NCBI GenBank assembly: GCA_003427395.1
Contig: BFEA01000003.1
Span: forward strand, 1,368,206-1,432,205
DNA: 64,000 nucleotides
Origin: Chara braunii
Taxonomy: Eukaryota; Plantae; Charophyceae
Reading direction: 5' to 3'
Positions 1 through 13,402 of the stretch are shown here, one piece after another. The notes beneath the pieces are model-generated. The model did not search any database. It saw nothing but the letters and a program-made list of their open reading frames with translations, and was not told the origin of the DNA. Positions within the stretch are counted from its first letter, which is position 1. Each line of letters opens with the position of its first letter. The position numbers and the translations under genes were made by a program.

Positions 1-3000
1 CTTGCGGGAGCTGTCACCATCCCTTAGGTGGGTGTATCCCCGCCGAGCTACTGAACCACATGCGAAGGCTTTTCGTATGCAATTGCAGAGGTGGCCCAGC
101 CGAGGGTGTTTCTCGTTCGCTGTAGCATAGGGGTTACGCGTGGTCGAACGCCCAAACATCGAACCCGCACGCGAATCGACGCTCTGGGGGGTTGAGGTCC
201 CAAGCGCGACTCGGCGCCGGTCGACTAGGACGCATCACACACACCACACGTTACAACACTCACATCTACCCTCACACAACACATAGAAACACGCAAAACA
301 AACACCACAAACAACACCACAACACAACAACACTCCTAGTCCCTTCAGTATCCGACCCATAATTTTATGTTGCGAGAATCAGGTAGGTATCGCTCGCTGG
401 ACTTTCGTATAAGAGTCGTGCGAGCGCATGGCTTCCTCATATCAACCAGCCATGCGGGCATACGCAAGCCTTCGCGTTAATGGGGTACTACGTAGTACTC
501 GTAACCGTGCGGCCCTTGACAATCTCGAGGGTCGTTTTCGACACTTAAGTGTCGGCTGACAAGCGCGTTGAGGGGTTATCTTCTCGGCGCTAGACAACCG
601 CCATGCGCGATTGGAGACCACACCCTATTCTGCACCCTGTGCAGAGGGGTTGAGTAGACAACTTCAGGGTTGTCGTGGTAGCCAAACTCAAGGGGTTTGA
701 CTTTGACGGCTACCACAGACTACAACGTCCAACCATGGAAACTCAAAGGAGGAAGCAACCGCAGATAGGGATAGGGGGTCACCCCCTTTCCTCTCCCTGC
801 CTAGCCCATAGTCTGATAGTCTTCTCAAGGGGAAGAGGTGGGCCAACACGAAAGATGCGTGCGGACAATGCCCAAAATCAGGCCCATAGGCCGTCCGACG
901 TTCGAAACGTTGGAGGCTCGTACGCGGGTTTCCATAGGCCGAATAGGGTTGATTCCCAGCCCACGCGTCGTTTCGTGCCGAACTCGGGTTTACTGGCCCT
1001 AACGCGCTTTTGCCCTCGCGTCGTTTCGCCCTGCCCACGCGTCGTTTCGCACTGCCGCTTTTGCCGAAACTCAAAGTGTGCTTGACCCATAACTTTCGAG
1101 CACGGAAACCGGCAGGTGCTGCGTGCGTGGGTTAATATAAGACCGCGCGGACGCAGGACTTGCGCATACCGACCAACAATGCGGCCTCGCGTAAGCAGAC
1201 GTGATGTCGGCGCGTTATGTGGCGCCCATACCCGAGTGGCCTCATTTGAGTCATGGGGTCGCTCTCGACGCTCAGGCGTCGACTGAAGTGTCTGCTAAGT
1301 GGAGCAACCCTTTAGCGAGCGCAAAAAAAACTGGCCTGAGGGCCTTACCATCTTCTGCAGCTTGAGGCGCCCCAAAGGTGCGGGGTAGGATGGTACCTAG
1401 GGCAGGAAGGGATTCGGAGCGGTGGTGAGTTGTTTGGCGCATCACCAGCGATACACTAATCCTTCCGCCCGAAACTTTATCGTTCCACCAAAATAAATTA
1501 AAACAAGAAAAAAAGAAAAAGGAGTACTTGACGTTGGCAGGGGAAAACATGAACGCCCCGCTGGACCGAGTTGCTGGGGGACAACCCCTCATCCTCGCGA
1601 CGCTTTTGTTTCCCCGGAACCGGTTCGTGTGAGCCTGTAGACTCAGCCTCTGTACGCAGGGGTAACCCCTTCTGTGTTGGGCCTGGGACCTGGGACGTCT
1701 TGGACAAGGACCTTGAATTTCCGGCCCGGGACTAATGTCCAACCAAATAAAATCATTGAGTAACGAAGGACGTAGGCGTGCGGTCGCTTAGCCTGTGAGG
1801 GTTACCCGAGCGTACGCCTACTCTGACTATCACATTATCAGGATGGGAAAAAAAAACAATCTCGCTCAAACAAAAGGTTGTGGGGTAGTTCACTCTCACG
1901 ACCGTTGTGTGGTTCGCCCATTTGAATCCAAACATAATCACTCAACAAGACTCAATCAAGATTCTCTCATACATACCTGCAGTCTAACGCACAACATTTA
2001 AACAACATCACACACACTGAAGGGGTCAACTTTTCAACCTTCTGCAGCTCACACCCTGCCTTATGCACACAAGCCCAACCATTTCCCCACCATTCCTCAA
2101 CAAAAATACTATGCCTTTAAGAAATGACCATTTATAAAGAATCTGGGTGAAAACCCAAGAAAACATAAGACCCGGCAAGGGTCAAGGCCTTAGGTTAAGA
2201 AGCAGAAGAAACAGGAAAGTTGAGTCGTAGACCGACGAATCGGCAACCGACCTGTTATCAGTGATAACCGAAAAGTGATCCTTTCGTAGAATCAGGCCGA
2301 ACAATTCGAGTCTCCAACCGGATGTGAAAACCTGCATCACAGTACAGGTTAAGGAGAGTCACTACTATGTTCAAGCCAAGTGGAGAACGTGCTCCAACTC
2401 ATAGCCTAATTACTAACCTCCCTTCCAGCCTCCCTTATGGATACTAAGTCACGGAGAATTTCGGCAGCATCTCCCCTACTCAGGGTGGATTGCCAAGTTT
2501 CTCCTAGCCATAAATATTCTAATTCCTTAAATTCTACAAAATTTTGGCAGCGCTTCCCGTAGGAAAAGTGTCTTTTCATAATTTCCATGGGCCAAAAATT
2601 AACTAACTCTTTTAGACTTGTAGAAATTTCGGCAGCGCTTCCCGTAGGAACATGAGGCTGTCAAAATTTATACAAAGTTGAAAACAGATAGACCAAGCAA
2701 AACTATACTTCGGACTAACTTCTGACACTTGCTTGGTAAGTAGAATCAGCGATAGTCTGCACGACCTCTAGATGAGATTGTGAACTGACACTGATCCTAA
2801 CTCCTAGCCGGGTCAGTCCTATCCTGTCCCAAGCTCCCCTCCCGTCATCCATCTTATCTACCTATAGTTCCAACTTTCAGCGAACATCTAAAACAACTAA
2901 CCTATTCAAAAGATGCCCCAATGTGAGGGCCCAAAGCATGCACAACCAAACATCTCTCACAATCCCACATCATTTTGAGTCAAGTAGTTCGTTAAGTCAC

Positions 3001-3049
3001 TTAGTTATTTTTCCTTTTTATGTCTCCCTTACTTATGGCATACGATCAG

Positions 3050-4230
3050 ACAATACCCTAACCTAAGGTGATATGCCCGACCTGCCTAGGTAAAACAAGT
3101 AAAGTACGCACAACCGGGCAGCCCTAACCTAAGGGTGTGCCAAACATAAACTATATACATAAAGCATATGACCAAACTGCCCTAACCTAAGGGTACGCTT
3201 GACTTCTGCTTAACTGACGACATGAAGCATAAGACTAGACTGCCCCAATCTAGGGGTGTGCCAAGCCAGCTTTAACCAAAGTTACAAATGGCATAGGGTT
3301 AAACTGCCTCAACCTAAGGGTGTGCTTAACCTGCCTAGACAACCACAAACGACAAATGGTTAAACCGCCACAACCTAAGGGTGCGTCCAACCCACAGAAC
3401 ATCAACGACAAGGGCATATCACTAGGCCGCCCCAACCCTGGGGTACGCCTAGTTAGCCTATACAATTTAAGTTACATAAGGCAATGCGACCAGACCGCCC
3501 TAACCTAAGGGTACGTCCGGTCTGCCTGAACAAGTACAACGACGTATGGCTAAGCCGCCCTAACCTAAGGGTACGCTTAGCCTCCGTAACAATAATTTAA
3601 GCAACCATGAATACTTGCACAAACTCTATGATTTTCTCTCTTCTTAGGTGGATAGTCAGACCTACCCAACCTAGGGAGACATCCAACTCTGCCTTTTGTA
3701 TAGAAGGGAAAATAAAAGAAGATTTATACTAAGTCTCTGCCCCTTTTGTTATCACGAGCATATGACTGAGCTGCTCTAACCTAAGGGTACGCTCAGCCTG
3801 CCCGAGTTACCTTCATTATACTCTTCATTCACTTCTTTTCTCTTTTTGTTCTACCTGACTTACTGACTGACTTTCCCAACCTAGGGTGCCCGGTCTGTCA
3901 GAAGGTATAAGTTCAATAATATATGTCAAATTTTATACTTTAGTTACTCATTTGGTTCATGGCTTATGACTAAGCAGCCCTAACCAAATTGTACGCTTAG
4001 TCTCATGCCTTTGTTTCCCTCAGAAGAAAACACACCTCAAGCCCATCAAAAGAAACACCAGGAATCTGAGCCTTCCTAACCTAGGACGCCCATCCTCCTG
4101 TTCAGAAACCCCAAAGAAAACAGCGATTGGTCTAGGATAGGCCCAACCCTCAAGGATCATATAGTCAGCCCAGCAAACATAAATAAACATAGCACTGAGC
4201 CCACACCAACCTAGGGGAGCTCAACCTTGG
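3050..4230. repeat. Array of about 16 hairpin units with core CCCTAACCTAAGGGTACGC, spacing about 60-110 bp
   Basis: The core recurs at about 3056, 3122, 3180, 3244, 3307, 3368, 3430, 3498, 3558, 3664, 3773, 3875, 3978, 4075, 4142 and 4205. Many units have self-complementary flanks. Confidence 0.85.
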
Positions 4231-5683
4231 GTTAACCCGGTTAACACATGCAAAACACCTTCCTCCCTCATTCCCCCAATTTACCTTTGTCTGAATTCAC
4301 TCAAAGAGTATCTGATCTCTCATATACACTTGTTAATTTAACATTTTCATAACCATATCCTGACATACATAACAAAAATAAAAAGCAATAACCTTTCATA
4401 ATTATGTTATCAGATAGTCCAAAGGAATAATAGTTTAGGGGAAAGGATCACACGCGTAAGACGAAAGTTATACCTGAGTGTTCCCTGCCCCAGAACCCCG
4501 CCTGGGCTCCGGCAGAGCTCCCGCAATCGGTGGGGCGGCCCTCCCACAGAGGCCTTGGCACGGATTACAACAAAAAAATTATGGGAAATTTCCATCAAGT
4601 TTTCAACTTGGGCACAACACTGAACCAGCATTGGAACTACGTGAAATGATGTGGCCAACCGTTTAGGACGGTTGGGTCCATGTTTCCAACCGTTTACGAA
4701 CATGCGGCCAACATGTTTCCAACATGCGTTCAACGTTGGTCCAACATGTTTCTAACACGTTTTCAACATAGTACGGGTTTCAATCCCGCCTGCCGCCTTC
4801 CTCTCTGAACCAAAGGACTAGACTGAGATCGAGGAAGGCAGAAAAATAAAGTTTAGACTCTCAGATACAAGAGGGGTGCACTCAGACTCGCGGGAGAGGA
4901 CCTTGTTGCCTTCCACTCCTGAGGGTCCCGCAATGGTGGCCAATAACGCAGAGGAATCGTTCCAACCCAGCCAAACTCAGGATAACAGTTCCCTGACAAC
5001 CTTCGATGTCGCAGAAGTAACCTCTTGCAAAAGTCCCAATCACTCCCCTCTCTCACAGCGTCCCTTCTTAGGCCAATGCCGCTGCTGCGCACAACGAGGA
5101 ACGACGTCCTGCTCAGCAAATGTGCACAGCAAAAACAGTGCTCTGTTCTGCAATAGCCTCCCTGCAGGCAGCAGTGCTCACCGTCCCCCAATGAAATCGG
5201 CAACCCCAAATCCGACAAACTGAGCTCTCTGACACCTCTACGAACGAGCAATACTAAAACCCGACCGAGAACCTCATCAGCGTAGAAGGATAATGGCAAT
5301 AAATCCTGCTAGAAAGACCACAGCGATGGCTCAAGCCAAATAGTGACTGCCTGCCCTCGAAAAGCTCAGTCACAGCAGCTATTCGAACCCAACAGAGTTG
5401 TATTGTCGCTAAGATGGTGACTGAGAAAAGTGATGCAGCCGTTACCAAGGAAGCAGCAGTCCTGCACAGTAATTAGCAGCAACCGAGAGCACTACAGTAG
5501 TAGAAACCAATACCTCAGCAGCAGCAGCTCCATGGGTCACCCATAACCTTTGCTAAAGTAATAGTAACGCGGTAAATTAGCGATCAGTAGCCCAGAGCAA
5601 TTTGCTCAGCAATAGCAGATGGCTGACTTTCAAAGATCGATAACACTCAAAATGCAAGTGCAGTCACGGTCTTAGTTTCCTAA

Positions 5684-6313
5684 TTAACAGTACCCTGAAA
5701 ACCAACACTTGCCTTGACCCCCTTCCGTACCACCCACGATAACTAACGTAGCCTTGTGATTGCAGCAGCACGAGCCAGCGGCGGTATTGAGCTGAGGAAT
5801 ATCAGTGTTCTGGGGGGACTCAGCAGGAACAAATCTATTAATCAACAGGGGCATCTGTTTCCCGCTGCTAAAAATACTGGCAATTCCACTTTTGTCGCAC
5901 AGTAATAACGTGGATGCCGAGTGCAGTGACTGTGAACTCGGAAATGACCATGTAATGTCTGAGTGAAAATCCCCTATTAGGTCGCCCGTCAATGCACTCG
6001 GCTTCAGACGTTCCTTGGTAAATTCGACAATAGGGTAGTCAAAACTACAACAAGGTAAGTACTTCCGAGCTGCCCATTTCCTGCCCTCGCTACTCGCCCT
6101 CTCCTCAATGTACCTGACCCGATCCTCGGTCAAGAAAATATGAAGGATTCCCGCATGCCACGACGACTCTACTACTATGGTGAGGTCGGCCGGAACTGCA
6201 GATACAATCGGCGGACGCAACAGCAAGGAGCAAACGAGCTTGGCTTTCAGGGAACACGGACTTAAGCTCCAACCCGAAACAGGGCGAACTCTGAATGCCA
6301 AAAGTATGACCAC
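5684..6313 (-). pseudogene. Heavily decayed gypsy pol (RNase H region)
   Basis: The translation RPVSGWS..LTIVVESSWH..FLTED..RYI..GRKWAARKYL..FDYPIV echoes the gypsy RNase H consensus RPVAYYS..LAIV..W..VYTDH..RW..FDY.I. The similarity is weak and was judged by eye. Confidence 0.4.
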
Positions 6314-8336
6314 ACGAACAGATCGCTAATCACACATTCCTCCTACCTAATCTCGCCCCTCTGCTACACCCCAATTATGCTGCGTGTACGCTGCCACTGG
6401 AAGAAAGGTGGGATATCAACTCTTCTGAATGACCCTGGCTGCAATAGCGCTCTAGTCCGTACAACAAGGGAAGCAAATTATGAAGAGGAGCGCAAGGTCA
6501 TTCACTATACAAACTTGTTGACTATGATAGACGTGGCAGGCACGCAGGCGAATTCGAACCCGATAAATTGTGCAAATTTCTAAGAAACGTATGGCGAGGA
6601 AGGGCTGCGAAAGCCACGGTTTGTGAACTGCATCAATCTCATTCCTTTGCTCACTAAAATATGCAAAATTTGGTAGTGAATCTCCCACTAGAACACGGGG
6701 ATATACATGCTCCTACTACTGAGCATCATAGCTCGTCGGTTCGTCCCACGTCGCCAGGTGTCCGAGGTAAGCTCTCCCCCACGCTCCTACCCCGATACAC
6801 AGGTTCTGGTCTGGAAAACACAGGCTTTGGCCTGTATTTTAGAATGCGAAGGGCAAGGGAGTCCCGTCTGTACTTCGAACGTTCCGATATCAGTTACGTA
6901 TCGCTCCGCTAATGTCTTCCCTCTTTAAATGCAGGTAAGCCAAAAAATCGCCGCTCGGTTCACTCAAATGCCACAGTCAGCATATCTGCCACCACAGCGA
7001 GGTAACCATATAGCAACCTCCGCAAGGCACTAAGCCTTGCATATGCCCGTATGGGCGGTACGACCTTGAATGCACGCGTCCCCGCTCCCGGAAACGTAAC
7101 AATGAGTACATAGGCGGCAGGGGGCCGCACAATCACGATAGTCCTGATGACGAGCACGATGCGCAGCGTAAAGGCGGGCAGCGCACTATGGCGATCATGA
7201 CGATGACGGCCACGAGTTTTGACAATGGTGAAGATCAGTACGACGTCATGATTCCAATGATGGCGAAGGTCAACGACGCATGACGATCCCGATGATGAAT
7301 ATGGACAGTAGCATCATCAGCGCGAGTGTAGACAACAGTCTGATGACAGATCACTACGGGGAATGGCTCGACGACGAAGGATACAACGATTTCCACGGTA
7401 CGACGCGCACGGGCATTCCGAAGATGGCCTCATGCGCAACGGTCAGGTACATCCGACCGCTGGAGGTATCTTCAGGCTCGTCTTCACACCCGCTCGTGAA
7501 CGTCGGTGAGATCGAGCTGGCCAGCGACGCACGGATCCCGGCTGCTACTCAAGGCAAGGGAGCCTCAAGCAACGCAGCGACCAATCGTCGATGACGCCCT
7601 ACCCCTCCTCTGCCAGAATGCATACGTTGTCTCTCCGCCACGCGCGCCCGGAGAAGCCACTCCTACCGTCAAGACGCCAACGCCTCGGTCAACAGGTAAG
7701 CCCCCGTCCCCGCTGCTAGCCACACGCTATCCCCTTCGGTTCCTCTGCGGCAGACCCCATTATGCGAACGCACCTGCCGTCCAGTACAGCCAGGTTCATG
7801 CAGCCTGATGCAGGTACAGCCGATGTACTTCTGCGGAGCGAAAGACTTTGTGGCGACGGCAGCGGCGACGAGAGTCACTATGATCTCCTACGTGAACCGA
7901 GATCGCCACATCAATCACGATGGTGGGCGACACGGGCACAGTATGCAGTGTACCTCCAGCTAAGGACACGGGCAGATACACGTAACGAAGCTCTACCACT
8001 GCCCCGCAGGCTGCCCGTAGCTTCGCCCATGTGAGTTATCCCCCCCTCCACCTTCTTCTTCCCTCTCGTCAAGTCCCTGCCTTTTCTCCTTTGTCTCCGC
8101 TTTAACCTTCTCCTCTCCGAATAGCGCAGCATTTAGCGACCACTCCATCTGAAAAGAGACAAGCAACAACACAAGGTCGTATGCAGCAACGAAAAAAAAT
8201 CGCCAGACCCTTCCTCGTTTTTATGCGTTCCGTCCGTGCGCAGAGTCTATGCTAAGCTCCTCTGTACCGTTCCAATTTTTACTGATGTCCCGAGGGACTG
8301 ATTCCCAAGCAGCGACCCAAAATCGTTGGATCAGCT

Positions 8337-8350
8337 GCCTCGAGATACCA
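8337..8350 (-). promoter_or_regulatory. Primer-binding site, tRNA-Met-like
   Basis: Minus strand reads TGGTATCTCGAGGC versus canonical TGGTATCAGAGC, 9 nt from a candidate LTR end. Confidence 0.55.
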
Positions 8351-9723
8351 TCATTAAGCTGACCGCCCCAAACAACTTCGAAATAGCGAATTTCATTGTT
8401 CGGATTCGAACACAGGTCAGCATTTCAACAATTCATGGGTATACCCTCTGAGTTAGGCTCATGGGACCCACATCCGGCCCTGGTACCGGCTCCGGACCAG
8501 GTTACACTATTGGGACAAAGGTAAAAATAAAAATAAAAATAAAAAATTTAAAATTTAAAAATTCGGGGAAACAGACGAGGGGGAGGAGGACCGTTGATAC
8601 TTAGTCCTCGGCCCTTCCTAACGGGCCCGCAGTTGAAACCCCTCGTAAAACTACGGGGGATAGTCCCGCGGGACCCTCGACCCCTCAGCTTTCTCCTGCA
8701 ATGCGCTCCTCTGCTCCTCCGCGCTGACTGCTGGCCTCAATCCCGGTATCTGCTGGTTGAAAGTCTAGTGATCTAACCAATAGGGCTAAGCCCAAGCCTG
8801 GTTGCAGCAGGCACAATCTCTCATATGAAGAGTAACTGCAACCTGCCTGGGCCTGCAAAGCGTGCGCCAAGGCCACTGTTTGGCTTCAAGTTATTGCCTG
8901 AGCCCATGGCCCCACACGCCTGTGTTTGTCATCCAAGGGGCAGTTTTTACTAGGCTCATCCTGCGTGTAGCCCCGCCATGCTGCAGCCAAAGGCCAAGGC
9001 TCTCTTGTTCCCTCATATCCGTCGAAAGGGTGTCCTTTTACCGTCTCCGGGTCGGAAAGACCCCGGTTTTTGCACACACCATACCCGCATCGTGCCAACT
9101 CGACTAACCTTTGCCAGGCGGCTTCTACTGTCGACAATCTTACAGTCCAACCTAGTACTTGCGCGCTCCACACGGTGCAGCCCCAAAGTGCCGCCTTTCA
9201 GTAAGCCAAACGAAAAATTATCTCTAGCCATCGCCTCAACGGTTAAATTTTACGCTGGTCGCGACTTCGCCACCGTGTCCGGGGTCACGGCTTGCGCAAC
9301 GTTCTTTTAAGATTCCAACCTTCTCCTAGCTCGCACTTCCAAGCGAGATTATCAGTTTATATTGATTAACCATCAAGCTAGCCTAAGGCGTGCCCTCTAG
9401 ACGCACACCCCCACACTCTCTGATCCAATAAAAAATGCGAGTGTCACTCCCAACCTCTAGGAGTTGGTTGTGGTCACTCAGAAATGGGACACTCTCTCGG
9501 ATATTGTTGGAGACGCATCTTCTGTGAGATGCAAAAGTACGCCCAAATACCCTTGTAAGGGTGTTCGGGCCGACAACGCCTTCCATGCCTCTTTTCTACA
9601 TGTTTGCATTCGCGTTCACATCTTTCCTTACCATCACAATTTGTCTGGCCACTTGGCTTGGCTCGGTGGTGAACATGGAAGGCCCTTGGGGAGGGGGAAA
9701 AAAAAAAAAAAAAAGGCATTTAA

Positions 9724-9898
9724 ACAACCAGTAACGCACCTCTGTCAAAGGTCGAAACGTGACGCCGACCACCGATTTATTTTATCGATAGTGTGCCGGT
9801 GCCGTCCATTTTGGACCCAGCGACGAAACTTTTTTTTTTTTTTTTTTTTATGCGACGAAACATTTTCATCAAGGCTGGGGGCGTGTAGTACTGGCTGT
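9724..9898. mobile_element. Degenerate TTAA-flanked MITE
   Basis: TTAA|ACAACCAGTA ... TACTGGCTGT|TTAA, a diverged form of the TIR seen at 10377 and 50712. Confidence 0.5.
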
Positions 9899-9935
9899 TT
9901 AAGAGGCTTGCGAGCCTTGGAAGGTACCAGCTTTA

Positions 9936-9975
<40 letters not shown>

Positions 9976-10024
9976 TTGTCCTGTCCTGGATCATGCTAGC
10001 TTTGTCATCTTAGCCTCGGGTGTG

Positions 10025-10098
10025 GTCGTTCGGGACATCTGTTAAAATTGGAATTTGGAACGATACAGAGAATGAAGATTAGCATGGCCCATGCGCAA
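10025..10098 (+). ncRNA. U6: U6 snRNA pseudogene (3'-truncated, with small insertions)
   Basis: TTCGGGACATC..AAAATTGGAA..CGATACAGAGAA..GATTAGCATGGCCC..TGCGCAA matches the 5' two thirds of plant U6, including the ACAGAGA box. Confidence 0.9.
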
Positions 10099-10231
10099 AC
10101 CTCTTAAACCGCCACTGCTACACGCCTCTGTCGTCAACCCGAAGACAAAGGAGAATCGATTCATTTCTGCATCCATGCCTCTTTTTTTTCTTTTTTTTTT
10201 GGGTAGGGAAGTATCATCAAATACGCCTTTC

Positions 10232-10342
10232 GTCCTTCGGGACATCCATTAAAATTGGAACAATACAGAGAAGGGTAATTACCAAAATGGTCCCCATGCA
10301 AAGGATGACACACATACATCGAGAAATGGTCCAATTGTTTTT
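10232..10342 (+). ncRNA. U6: U6 snRNA pseudogene/variant (near full length)
   Basis: GTCCTTCGGGACATCC..AAAATTGGAACAATACAGAGAAG..AAGGATGACAC..ATCGAGAAATGGTCCAA plus a T-run. The AGC triad region is disrupted. Confidence 0.9.
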
Positions 10343-10376
10343 GAAAAACTAAGCCTTACGTGAACTCGTGGTTTAA

Positions 10377-10584
10377 ACCACCAGTACTTGGCCCATACAT
10401 CGGTCGCGGGCCGTTGCCGTTGCCGTTAACGCTGCGCAAAATTCGGGCGTTTTGGGGTACCGGACCTCAATGGCTGGAAGCGGCAGCCAAAAAAAATTGA
10501 AACGGTACCCTGGCGCTTGGGGAAAAATTGGCGCGCAGGGGGAGTCCAGGCTCGACAACGATAGCTGGGCCAAGTACTGGTGGT
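10377..10584. mobile_element. TTAA-flanked MITE
   Basis: Perfect TIR ACCACCAGTACTTGGCCCA / TGGGCCAAGTACTGGTGGT with TTAA on both sides. Confidence 0.85.
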
Positions 10585-10715
10585 TTAAGAGTCCGTTGGA
10601 CTGTGCGTTGGATTTTATGAATGAACTCGTGGTAGCCGGGTGGTGGTGGTGGTAGTAGTACGTGAAATTCATATAAATGTCTCTTGGCAGTCACATTCGT
10701 AAATGTCCGCACAGC

Positions 10716-11472
10716 CAGGGTTACCGGCGTTCACGACGGGCGGAACGCCCGAACCCGAACGCCCGAACTTACGGGACCCCTTCGGAAGGCGTTCGGCCGT
10801 TCGGGCCGAACGCGGACCCAAAAAAAAAAACAGTTTTCAAAAAATTCCGAAACAAAAAATATGTTATGTAGAAAAATAAACTAAACAACATTTGCCAGGG
10901 GACTACATCCAAATTCTTTACCAAATTTGAATTAAAAATCAAATACAGAAAATAAACACTATGATAAAAATAAGAAAAAATAAAAAGAGAATTAAAATGA
11001 GTGAGTGTGCCAGCACCTTTTCAACACCCCCATCTTTGCCGATTTTTAATTAGTTTTTGGCATTGACAAATGCCCTGAACATTTACAGATATGTAGTTTA
11101 CATAATCAATAACTTATTAAAAATTTTTCAAAAAATAATGATTTTTTTTAGGCCCCGAAATGAAGTGAAAACAAAAAGTTAAAAGTGAAAAAAAACAAAA
11201 TAGTGAGTGGGCGAGCACATTTTGACACCCCCATCTTTGACGATTTTTAATGTTTTTTTGGCTTAGCAGAATGGCTTCCAAATTTATAGGCATGTAGGTT
11301 ACATCATAGACAACTCAAAAAAAAAAAGTCTGAAAAAACGTATTTTTAGGCCCCGCAATGTTTTTTGGCGGGGGCCGTACCTGGAGGTGTTCGGCCCCTG
11401 AACGGGACCTCGAACGCCCGAACATTCAGGGGCCAGCCCGGGGGCCCCCGAACGTTCGGTCAGGTAACCCTG
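10716..11472. mobile_element. Non-autonomous hAT element (family H1)
   Basis: TIR CAGGGTTACC / GGTAACCCTG, 8-bp TSD CGCACAGC/CGCACAAC, subterminal CCGAAC repeats and an AT-rich core. Confidence 0.9.
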
Positions 11473-12970
11473 CGCACAACAATTTTGCTCCTTTTTTTTT
11501 TTTTTTTTTTTTTAGTTCTTGTCATTCTTCCCTTTTCATGCTTTGTGTTTGTTGCTCGCTATTTTTTTATTTTTTTTTTCCTTTCATTCTTCCCTTCTCA
11601 TGCTTTGTGTTTGTTGCTTGCTATGCACATGTTTGTTTGTTCAATCTTTTAAAAATTAATAAAAAGTTAAAAACTGTAAGAAAAAAGAAGATATGGAAAA
11701 AAAAAAAAAGCAAAAAAAAGACAAGAGAGAAAAAAAAAAAAGGAACAATAAAACCACTACTGAAAAAAAAAAAAAAAAAGTGTCCAGACTCCAGATACCA
11801 GAGTAGTAGAGTACATATTCAAAATGCAATACAGAATGCCTGCTTAAACCACCAGTACTTCCTAAAGTCCTACCCGTAAACAAGCCATGATTTCCGAAAT
11901 GTAAGGACCACTACAGGAGCGCCCAAATTCATTCGACTAGGAATGTTTCTACTCTATTTTTTCAGATGCAAGGAGGCAAGCGAACACTGGGCTAGAGCTT
12001 CCGGCCTATGAGACCGCCTCTTTCCTTCTCCCATCCATCCCCGAACTCCCTGTCTAGCTCCTCGTATGAAGTTTACGTCCTTGTGTGAGTACCTTCTCCG
12101 GCAATCTACTGCCGCGCGGATTCTCAAGTCTCCGGCACCAACACTCCCTCGCACTTCTACTAACCTGCACGCGTGTGGTTCAGAATGACACGCAAGCCAC
12201 CGCTTCAGACCATATGGCAGGAAATACGCAGTTGAACCCTTTGATAACGCCATCACACCACATGACAAAGTTTGGGCATCGACGAAGAGCCTAATCGAAG
12301 CAGAAATCTTATGCTAGTGGTGCAGAGTCGAGGTCTTTGGGCAGAAAAATCCAGACACGCAGCAGGCAGCTCAGGCCAAGTTCAGGAAAGCCTGGCTGCC
12401 AAGAGGCAAACTGGTTGAGTATAGCAGATGCAATCTCAGATGGACATTCGGCCTGGAAGCCTCGAGTGACTTCATAGAGGTACGCCATCTATCGTTCCCC
12501 CAGTGCCTTCGCCTTCGTGGGAGCCTGGATTAGGCGCTAGCTAGCTTCTTATAGGCAGCAATCTATAGATTTATGTCTTTCATGAGACTGCTGAAGAGGC
12601 CACTGGCCCGAAATTTTTCATAGCTACCGTCTTCCCCCGAACATAACGCACCCTCATAATGAATGTATACTGTAACGCCCAACCTCACGCCCGGCGCGAC
12701 TTCCTGATCGGAGTGGGATGGGGACCCGGAAGTGCGAAGAGGGGTGTGCCAAGGATTTTTGGGGATTTGGGGTGGAGTCCCGGGTCGGAACTGAGATCTC
12801 TGGTGGCAAGTTTCAGGGTTAGGAGTGCAAGTGTCTTCTGCTCAGAGTTGAGGCGATGACCGACCGTGCTGCCTGAGTCGGGGTGGGCTGCTACGGGTGT
12901 CTCTGTGGGAGTGCTCGTACCGCTGCCAGCCGCCTCACGTCTCGGGGTCTGAGGGAGACGAGTTGGACTC

Positions 12971-13402
12971 TCATCGCTCAGACCTGGGATAGGCTCGTTG
13001 CGCGACCCTCGCTTGCTGACGCTCGTCGGACTGCCGACACTCTGAGCACAGCGGACGGGGCCAGAACCGGGTGATGGAATCCCAGGGGACCACGAGTAGC
13101 TGATGGTAGGGGAGGACGGTATAGTAGGGAGGGAAGTTAGTGGTAATAACAACGAAGCCTGGGGTTAGAAGGTACTGCTGGTTCCGGTTGTCAGGGTAAT
13201 CGGGAATCCGCGAGTCTCGGTTGATTGCCATCTGGAAATCGCCCCTGCACAGTCGCTCGTTTTCAGTCCAACAGGGGTAATCGAGATGGCGTTGTTGTCG
13301 GGTTCGCTACCGTCGGATTTGTTCCCTTTCCCAATATGCTCGATATTCTGGGTTCCTCAGGCTTTCATGGTCGGTGATCCAGAAGGGAGAGTCTATCGTC
13401 AT
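12971..13402 (-). pseudogene. Family A LTR-borne ORF, disrupted copy
   Basis: MTIDSPFWITDHESLRNPEYRAYWERE..*..FPPYYTVLPYH..FWPRPLCSEC, near-identical to the ORF at 38137, with internal stops. Confidence 0.75.

Larger units (their letters stand above)
1..9575 (-). mobile_element. Degenerate Ty3/gypsy-like LTR retroelement (left end runs out of the window; may be composite)
   Basis: On the minus strand it starts TGTCGGCCCG at 9575. A candidate LTR 3' end (GGGGCGGTCA) at 8360 is followed by a tRNA-Met-type PBS. Decayed RNase H-like and integrase C-terminal-like (RY.GP / PASL.VHP) traces lie at about 4850-6300, and a tandem array sits in the 3' region. Confidence 0.6.

Noticed and set aside
3050-4230. 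CRISPR array
   Set aside because: The repeats are degenerate, the spacing is irregular, there are no cas genes and the context is a eukaryotic retroelement. Kept as a structured hairpin array instead.
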